Part shown: positions 41,115 through 64,000 of the stretch, in pieces | How the letters are laid out: each line of letters starts with the position of its first letter | Numbering within the stretch: the first letter of the stretch is position 1 | Assembly: GCF_009914755.1 (NCBI RefSeq) | Contig: NC_060944.1 | DNA length: 64,000 bases | Reading direction: 5' to 3' (one strand) | DNA from: the human T2T-CHM13v2.0 reference genome, Homo sapiens | Position numbers and translations under genes: made by a program | Notes under the pieces: model-generated | Databases searched by the model: none | Seen by the model: only the letters and a program-made list of their open reading frames with translations | Told to the model about the DNA's origin: nothing

Positions 41115-41669
41115 AAATCAGGCTCTAAACCCCAGCAGAGTTTCTCCAAACAACCACGACATTTTTGGGAAACTTTGCCCATGAAGTGGGGGCTTTGTGC
41201 AAAGAAGTTCCAGGGAGGCAAAACAGGTCTGGGCCTGCCATTCCCTGACTTGGGGCCAGCTGCCGCCCCGTCTTTGCCTCACTTTTCCTCCTCTGTAGAC
41301 TCCCAGGAGAAACGTGAGGGCCAGTGAGCTGGGGAACGACAGTCATCACGTCTCTCGTCTGCTGATCGTGTGTCTGCGCACACTCATCTACCACAGGGTG
41401 TGGGAGGGCTGGTCTGTCTTTGGCTTGATAGTTTTTTGAACTTGGCAAGGGAACCAGAGCATGCCTGTCAGTTCACCTGCAGCCGAATCCTTGGGAACAC
41501 CTGTTAAAATTCAGATTTCTGGGTCGTATCACGGAACCATTTGGTGAGTAACATTTTTGGGCATGGACACTGAGCCTGGCCTCTGGCTCCGCACTGGGAT
41601 ACAGCCATGGATAAGATGCGGTCTCCATCAGACACTTTCCACCCTTCATGACTAAAGAACTCTCCTAAT

Positions 41670-42241
<572 letters not shown>

Positions 42242-42279
42242 TGAAGTCCCTAGATGCACCCATGCACACACACCCATAC

Positions 42280-42399
42280 CTGTGCTTCTGCAGCAGGGCC
42301 ACCAGGATGCTCTCCAATTCCATTTGCTTTTGTTCTGCCCACATGCTGTCTACCTGACGACCAAGCCGTGCCCTTGCTCCTCGCTCTTGGTTGCTCTCT
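42280..42399 (-). CDS. GHRH: GHRH exon 4: C-terminal part of GHRH(1-44), Gly-Arg amidation/cleavage site and C-terminal peptide
   Basis: cacacag acceptor, GTATGG donor, 120 nt: ESNQERGARARL-GR-QVDSMWAEQKQMELESILVALLQKH. Confidence 0.97.
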
Positions 42400-42544
42400 C
42401 TGTGTGGTTAGAAAAAGAGAACTAGTTGCTATTTGGGTAGGATGTGGAAAGGCAGGGGTATATCCCTATGCCTATTTCAATATCTGGTGTGGACTCTTCT
42501 ACCCAACTGAATTAGATTCAGCCACACTTAGGGAGGCAGTATAT

Positions 42545-43370
42545 ATAGTAATGAAGAGCACAGAAGTACAAGTGTACACAGTTGCAAAACGTCTCCCCAC
42601 AGATTATTAATGATAGAGGGAAAAATAACTTTATAGAGGAGAAACCTAGCAGACACCATGTTAACCAACTGATCAAAGTTACCATCTACCAATAATCCAC
42701 CAATAATGGCACAAATTGCCATCCTGTGCCTCCTGATACCAGGCACTGAGAAGGACACAACACTACTTCTGTGAATGCATCACCTGATTCCTCTAATCAT
42801 CATTAGAGGAACGCATCCTCTAATCATGGGGATATGTCTGGCAAATTCAACATGAGGGACATTCTATAAATCATTAGCCTTTACTAATCAAAACTGTCAA
42901 TGTCATGAAAGACTGAGGAACGATTCCAGATTAAAAGAAACTGAAGGGACATGACAACTAAATGGTATCCATGATCCTGGATTGGGTCCCAGATCAGAAA
43001 AAGAAATAATTGTTATAAAGGACATTTTGGGACAACTGGTAAAATTTGAATATGGATTATAATTGATAATTATATTATGATTATGTAAGGGGATGTCCTT
43101 TGGTTAGGTATTAGGAAACACATATAGAAGTACCTAAGGGTAAAGGGTCATGATGACTGCAATTTACTCTCCAATGGTTCAACAAAAATGATAAGAATAC
43201 TTAATGTGCATATGTGTTTCTGTGTGTATGTATCTATATCTAGCTATAGATATAGAGTAAGCAAATGTGATAAAATGTTAGGAATTGGAAGTGTATATGG
43301 AAGTCCATTGTGCTTTTGTTGCAACTTTTTTGTAAGTTTGAGATTTTTTTCAAAGTAAAAACTAAAAAAC
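42545..43370 (+). mobile_element. Old L1 (L1MC/MD-like) 3' end in GHRH intron 3
   Basis: ggagaaacctagcagacacc, gtcatgaaagac, atcctggattgg and ttgcaactttttgtaagtttga motifs, ending A-rich. Confidence 0.75.
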
Positions 43371-43447
43371 GTATAGGCTATAGAGTCAGGCAGTTTGGCT
43401 CCAAACTCTGCCACTCTTTGTGTGTCCTTTAAAAGCTATTAACCCTG

Positions 43448-44105
<658 letters not shown>

Positions 44106-44463
44106 AAAGCAAGAAACTAAGAATAATAGTAGCTGACACTACCAAGGGCATCTGTGTGCCCAGCACTGTGCCAAGTGTCTGTAAATGTCCTAGGGCAGAG
44201 CCTTTGTTTTTGGCATGGAGTCATGATTAAATGGTAACTACTACCAGTGTTGTTACTGTCGGAGCCTAGCCTGAAGAGACACGTGGTAGGCATGGAGGTA
44301 AGTTGAGGTTTAACGCTGGAACCCTTTTGCTATGGGAAGTCCAGAAATGACACTTGCTGTGCCAAGGAAGAGATCTGAATTGGTCCCTGGTCCCCTGTAG
44401 GGAACAAGCTCCTGCAGACTCTGCTGCAGGGTGTGGGAAGAAATCACTAGAACTCCTGCTTAC

Positions 44464-44568
44464 CCCTGCTGCCTGCTCATGATGTCCTGGAGCAGCTTGC
44501 GGGCGGACAGCTGGCCCAGCACCTTCCGGTAGCTGTTGGTGAAGATGGCATCTGCATACCGCCGCATC
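44464..44568 (-). CDS. GHRH: GHRH exon 3: RR cleavage site and GHRH 1-31
   Basis: ccgcacag acceptor, GTAAGC donor, 105 nt: [34 protein letters not shown](G). The Tyr1 codon starts at 44558. Confidence 0.98.
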
Positions 44569-44876
44569 CTGTGCGGAAGGAGTCAGGGGTCAGAGGGCGG
44601 GGTGGAGGCCAGGCGAGAGGACAGTCGTGGCTGCACTCGCCATGTCTCTGCAAGATCCTTCTGTTGCCATCTGTCCCACTCACCCCAAGAGAGACTCAGA
44701 CCCCTCTGAGTGACCTCTGTGAAGCTGTGTCTGCCTCCTCTGCAAGGACGGGCAGTGGGTGCTGCCTGGAGACATAGCCAGGGCCCAGCTGATGGGCTGA
44801 GTCTGCATTCACTAACGCCTGCCCCATGGCAGGGATGGCTTGGGAGTGGTGGGAACTTTCCCCAGGGTCTGCTTAC

Positions 44877-44959
44877 CTGAGGGTCAAAGGGGGAGGTGGG
44901 GAGCAGTGGGAGCTGTTGCTGAGGGTGAGGATCACAAAGAAGAACACCCAGAGTGGCAT
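44877..44959 (-). CDS. GHRH: GHRH exon 2, coding part: signal peptide and propeptide (exon begins at 44978)
   Basis: ctgcag acceptor, 19 nt of UTR, ATG at 44959, MPLWVFFFVILTLSNSSHCSPPPPLTL(R), GTAAGC donor. Confidence 0.97.
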
Positions 44960-45300
44960 CCTTCACCCGGGGTGGCACCTGCAGAGTGACAGGAGGGGAA
45001 GGTCAGGTACAGCCACAGCCATTGGGATGGCCTTCACTGGCCCAGCCCTGGGCTTGGCTCCATGGCAAGCCTTGGTCCTTGGTTTTTGGAAGCTGTGGGA
45101 TGGGAAAAAGAACCCAGACACTGGAAGTCAGACAGACCTGAGTTCATGTTCTGCCTCTGCCAGCCACCTGCTCTGACTTCATTTTCTCCATCTGTAGAAT
45201 GGGCGTGATGGAGCTCCCCTGCCAACCACATAGGGTTGAACCAAAAACCAGTGATAGTAGGGAAATTTCCCCTTGCCATAAGGTATTAGAAGTAGGATTT

Positions 45301-48710
<3,410 letters not shown>

Positions 48711-49812
48711 TCAAAATTCACTGAATGAAGTGTAGCCGAGCCCAACAGCATTGCTGGCAACCCTGATGACTGAAGGCACTCCAGAGTTTATAATCTATCA
48801 TTATGATCATCGGTTAGCTTCCTGCAGTGCTTACTGATTCTGGGATTAGATGTACTTGAGATTGCCTGGATTCAGGATAAACGGGCACTTGATCTACATC
48901 CGTTGGCACCTTTTGCCAGCTTTCATGCCAGGAATGCCAGGAGAATTCTGCAGATTCACCTGCAGCTGACAGAGGTCAGGTCTCAAGCACCCAAATTCGC
49001 AAGGCCATTTTTGAAAACCCAGGGAAAGAACATCTTTAACCTTCCTTGAATATCCCCCTTTGAAATTTGAGCACCCCAAAGCATAGACTTCCTGATCTGG
49101 TTTATAAACTGTTTCAGTGACAGCATTCCAAGTTAAAAGAAATCTAAGTTTTTAATGAGGAAGCATCTTGAACTGTCATTCAAAAGAGTGACACTCCACC
49201 TCCTTCCAGAAGGGGTTTGAGGCAGTCTATGGTGAAAGACACAAATACTTCAGGACCATTAAAGCAAGGATCAGGAGACAGGCGTGGGGTAGCGGAGGAC
49301 TCCAAAGGCAGATAATTGTGTCTAAAACCTGGAGTAAAGAGTGTGGCTGCAATTGAGCAAGAAAGCAAAATGTTATCAATTTCCCGGCAATTACATTGAA
49401 TCAGTTCTGAGTGATCAATGAGCAGTATTGATTTGCACAGCCACTTGGCTCATCTCTGATCCATGGCAGAATCCCATCGCTGACAGGAAAATCGAGCCAA
49501 CTCACGTTTGCCCCCGAAGCCTGCCCACGCATCCTCGAAGGAGCACTGAGACCTCACCACCTGCGACAGACACCTGGAGCCAGTCCGCCACGCGCCCAAG
49601 TTAAGACAAGCCCCAAACAGCACCATCAAAAGCCTATTCCAGAGCCCCTATTGAGGGGTGATTTTATCCAGAGAGGGGCTCAAATGTACTCACCAGTCCA
49701 TGGGCAAAGAGGATGGCGGTGGGCCTCTTGGACTCAGTGTTTCTAAGTTGGTGAGAAGGTTAACTTTTCTTACCCCCACCCAGCCTAGCCCCCCCAGGGC
49801 CACCCCTCTCAC

Positions 49813-49885
49813 CTGATGCGGCAGATATCCCTCTGCTCCGAGGCACTGCTCAAATCCAGGGGCCCTGGGCTGGGTGTTTGCTCTG
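49813..49885 (-). other. GHRH: GHRH non-coding exon 1 (5' end approximate)
   Basis: Minus strand ...GCAGAGGGATATCTGCCGCATCAG|GTGAGA donor; matches my recollection of the GHRH 5' UTR. TSS inferred about 25-30 nt after the TATA-like element. Confidence 0.8.
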
Positions 49886-50100
49886 GCAGCCGCCTGGCGT
49901 TCCCATCATTTATCTCTTCATTTTCCTAAGCGTTGTCAGCGTCAGAGAATCAATTACCCACAAGTCAACCAAAGGACTGTTTTTAGCATCATATCACACT
50001 GACAAACCCTGTTGGTGAAAGAGGTTTGGCCCCTTGCAGACTTAGACTCCTGGTAAAGTCTCCTTTTATCTTTGGCACAGTGGACATAGTACAAAGGTGT
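49886..50100 (-). promoter_or_regulatory. GHRH: GHRH proximal promoter
   Basis: On the minus strand: GATAAAT TATA-like element (49908-49914), TGACG CRE half-site (49940-49944), TAATTG homeodomain site (49951-49956). Repeat-free. Confidence 0.7.
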
Positions 50101-50159
50101 AACATTATTCCAAGAGGATATAGAGAATATATACTGCTATAATAGTGATTGGAGAACTC

Positions 50160-54950
<4,791 letters not shown>

Positions 54951-55223
54951 GGGGTCTGCCCCCGAATTTCTTAAATGAGCATTTATTTCCTCATCCCACA
55001 AACCCCTCTTAAGCAACTAATTAGGCCCACGTAGAGCTTGCTGGATTAGCTGTCCATCTCCGAGGGGCTTAGTCCCTTTTCTGCAGTTAGGGGAGTGGGG
55101 TGGCTCTCTCCCCTCTGCATAGCATCTTCTGGGTGCTATGAGGAACGCAGAGTGTTTGGACACAGTGCTTGTCTTCAAAGAGCTACAGGAGGAAGCTGAG
55201 TCATTACCCTGGGCAGGTAGATC

Positions 55224-55281
55224 CAGAGAGGGACACAGTATCAGTATAAATGCAGAGAGGGACACAGTATCAGTATAAATG
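55224..55281. repeat. Perfect 29-bp tandem duplication
   Basis: cagagagggacacagtatcagtataaatg x2. Confidence 0.97.
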
Positions 55282-56691
55282 TTCCAAGAATCGAGAGAAG
55301 GGAGAAGTCATGTAAACCCAGGAGTTCATCGTCAGACAGGAGTAGGGAGAAGCTTAAAATGGGAGCAAATGGATTTGGATTTGAAACCAACTCTGCCATT
55401 TGCCCCATGTGAGATTCTAGGCAAGGTCAATCCCTTAATCTCTCTGAGCCTCAGTTACTACATCTGTACAATGGAGGTGATAAGAACTACCACTCCAGGT
55501 TGTTGTGAGAACCAGAAATATGCTTGGCCGGATGCGGTGGCTCACACCTGTAATCCCAACACTTGGAGGCAGAGGCAGGCAGGTTGCTTGAGCCCAGGAG
55601 TTCGAGACCAGCTTGGGCAACACAGTGAGACCCCCGTCTCCACAAAAAGAAAGAAAGAAAAAGAAATATGCATGTTGGTGTCTGATATGTAAGTGTCTTG
55701 GCAAATGGTAGCAGTTATTGTAGTTTTTCAGAGCTGAGCTCTGAAAAAACGGGCTGCTTGGTGGCAGCCTGGTGGCGGGGAGGGCTGGGAGCCATCTTGG
55801 TGACAGGCTTTATTTGCAGTAAATTCTCAAACCCACTGAGAAAGAGCATAGTGGGGCGGGGGGTGGGGGAGGATGGGGAGCCAGAAAGAACCCGGAGAAT
55901 GAAAACCCAGCCCCTTCCACCGATTCCCACCGCCGCCTTGTCCTTGTCCTCTGAGTGATGATGAGAACGCCTCGGTGGCCGCCCAGCTCACTTTCCCAGG
56001 ACGTGTTTTAACCCAGCGTTAATTAGTGATTGTGGCTGCATCTAGGGCTGGGGGCTTGAGCTGAAGAAAGAAAGTACCCCAGAGAAAGGCAGACTTTAAA
56101 AGGCCCCAAAAGGCTGGGGCAGTGAGGCTCTGTGGAGAGGGAGACAAGCCGTGCATTTGTGTTGCAAATTTCCAGTGTGTGCAAGCCAGCCATTCAATGA
56201 GGGCGATGCTACTGGCAGCCGGCATGGGGGTGGGGAGGGAAAGGAAGTCCACAAAGGGGGCCTGTCTGAGGACCTCAGACCCTGCTTTGTAAAAGCTGCT
56301 TTCATCCCCCTCCCTGGTTGATGGCAGTGTTCCCAGTCCAAGGCCACTGTGCAAGGATCCAGAGGCCTGGACCCCAGACTCCCAGATTCTCTTGACCCTC
56401 CCCACTTGCCCTTCTAGGCCTGTTTTTGTGGCATCAGCAGCAGCAGGTGTCTGAGTGCTCCAGGGTACTGTGTCAGAGGAGACCAGGTTTAAGTGGTGTG
56501 GGCTTGCTAGGTGGCTTCAGGCAAAGTCACTTAACCTCCCTGAGTGTCAGTTTCCTCTTCTGTAAAATGGAGATGATGTGGTCCTTTCCCCTGCTTCACA
56601 GGGTCCTACCCAAACAGAAGGGCCTGTGATTGGATGGCAGCTCAGAGCTTCATTTCTTTCTCAAAAAGTCTGCATCTGGGAAAGTCATTAG

Positions 56692-58530
<1,839 letters not shown>

Positions 58531-60167
58531 GAAGTGCATCCTACAGAGTCTCCCTCAGCCTGGCTCATCAGGCAAGAAGAGCTCAGACCAGCAAGGAGGG
58601 GGTGTCTACAGGGAGGACCGCCCTCGCTTGGAATCTCTGAGTTGGGGGATCTTAGTGACAACAGGACCTGCAGACACAGTGAGAAGAATTCCCATGATTT
58701 GAGTGTCCACAGGCAAAAGTCAAGGCCTGCTTGGGACTTCAGCTTCCAGTTTCTACTTCCCATGTCAGAGCCAGGTTATCTCACGGTCTTACTTCCCCTC
58801 TGTGGTTACAGTGCAGTTAAAGGAACCCTAATAGCCTCGACTGCAGCAAACTCAGGTTTGAGTCAGGGCCAAACGGCCCTCACTCCAGACTAGAAGCAGA
58901 GTCATTGGGGTTTCCCTCTAGGGTCTGGAGCTCCCACTCTCTGGGCCTTTCCCACCCTGCCTGGTTTAGTCCCTGAACACCCAGGCCACAGAGCAGAAGG
59001 AAGAGCAGCCTCCACACCCAGGCCCCCAGCTCCTGACTCCCCAGTGGCTGGGCCCTGTTGAAGCTGGAACCTCTTCTAAGGCCCAGAACCTGGAATCCAT
59101 GGCTGAGTGAGACCTGGCTCCCTGCCTAGCTCCTGTCCCCCTGGGGTCAGCCCCAGTCACCACCACCCAATGACTCACGGAGTCTAGCTGTCCTGGATTT
59201 CCGCAGTCTAGCAGTAACATCTACATGCCAGTCACGTAACATACGTGATCTCATCTCATTCAACAACCTTGAGCCTTAGGAACACATAGTGCTCTCATTT
59301 CATGGTGGAAGAAGCTGAGTCTTGGAGATATTGGGTAACTCGTCCAATCTCATACAGACGGTACATGGAGAGGCCGGGGTTAGGAGTGGGGCTTGCCTGC
59401 CTCCAGACAAGCTCGCCTGCCCCGGAACAGTGCTATCCCTGACCCTGCCTCAGCAGCCCAGGGCTAATTTCTGCCAGCTTGATTTCCCATGGATTGGTAT
59501 CAGCAGGGTCCATGTGGGTCCTGCGAGGTGGAGTGATAAAGGTGACAAGTGAGGACACTGCAATGGAAGATGGCACTGCACTTTACATTTGCACTTGTCA
59601 TGGTGATAGTGACATTTCTGATTAACATCAGAACTTTGGTCTGCTGATTTCACCCGTGAACTTGGAGCCAGAAGTCCCAGGATCCATCTGATCTCTGACC
59701 CAATTGCCACGTCCTTCAGGTGAGAGATGGTCCCAGGCATGCACAAACATTCCAGGATATTAATTGATGATGAAAAGTCATCATTAATTTATTGGCATAT
59801 TTTGTCTTTTATTCCTGCCTCCTTCCATCCTTTGATAATTTATCCATCAGATATCGATGTAATAATACCCATCAGGTGCTAAGTGCTGTGTTTGGTGTCC
59901 AGGAGCCAAGGAAGTGTAAAGCACAATTCAAATGAACTGATATTTATCAAGTGCCGCTATGTGCCATTCACCGAGTTGGGGGCTCCAGGCATTCTGTGGA
60001 CTTGCTTTGGTGCAATTTTCATCCTAGCTAGACAAGTGGGCAAACAGATAATTACACAGTGTGATATACACAGTCTATAATCGAGGTGCATACAAGGAGC
60101 TGTGGGAGCAGAGTGGGTGTGGCCTTCACCCTGCTAAGGAGCAGGAAAGGCTTTGCCTAGGATGTAA

Positions 60168-64000
<3,833 letters not shown>

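Noticed and set aside
44583-44978. 131-aa ORF starting at the GTG of GHRH exon 2
   Set aside because: Out-of-frame overlap with the real CDS that runs into intron 2 and starts at a near-cognate codon at the splice junction.
59759-59790. TGATGA box-C-like motif suggesting a snoRNA or miRNA hairpin
   Set aside because: Not in a host intron, no matching box D with terminal stem, and the stem is too short for a pre-miRNA.

Overview
Human (primate) genomic DNA, recognisable as the RPN2-GHRH locus (chr20q11.23 from recollection; not verifiable here). The + strand carries the 3' half of RPN2 (ribophorin II, oligosaccharyltransferase subunit): nine constitutive coding exons from 1807 to the TAG at 29383. 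They total 910 nt, have consistent phases and GT-AG borders, and end ...AQQAVKRTAH*. There is also a 48-nt in-frame cassette exon (26474-26521) and an AATAAA at 29665. The - strand carries the complete GHRH gene (non-coding exon 1 near 49813-49885; CDS 44959 to 39283, 327 nt, 108-aa preproGHRH), convergent with RPN2. The rest is about 55 Alu elements or fragments plus L1, L2, MIR, hAT/mariner and LTR remnants; the ORF-track entries are almost all Alu-derived or chance ORFs. I see no new protein-coding system. The observations most worth following up are: (1) a 126-bp, ~94% identical direct repeat bracketing the RPN2 terminal exon; (2) a cassette exon whose donor overlaps a stop codon, giving up to three RPN2 C-termini; (3) a possible decayed copy of exon 15 just before exon 16; (4) several repeat-free, TAAT/TGACAG-dense blocks that look like conserved enhancers, possibly serving GHRH; (5) an Alu expanded in situ to L-L-L-R; (6) several micro-duplication or template-switch scars. 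Repeat family names and boundaries were assigned by eye and are approximate.
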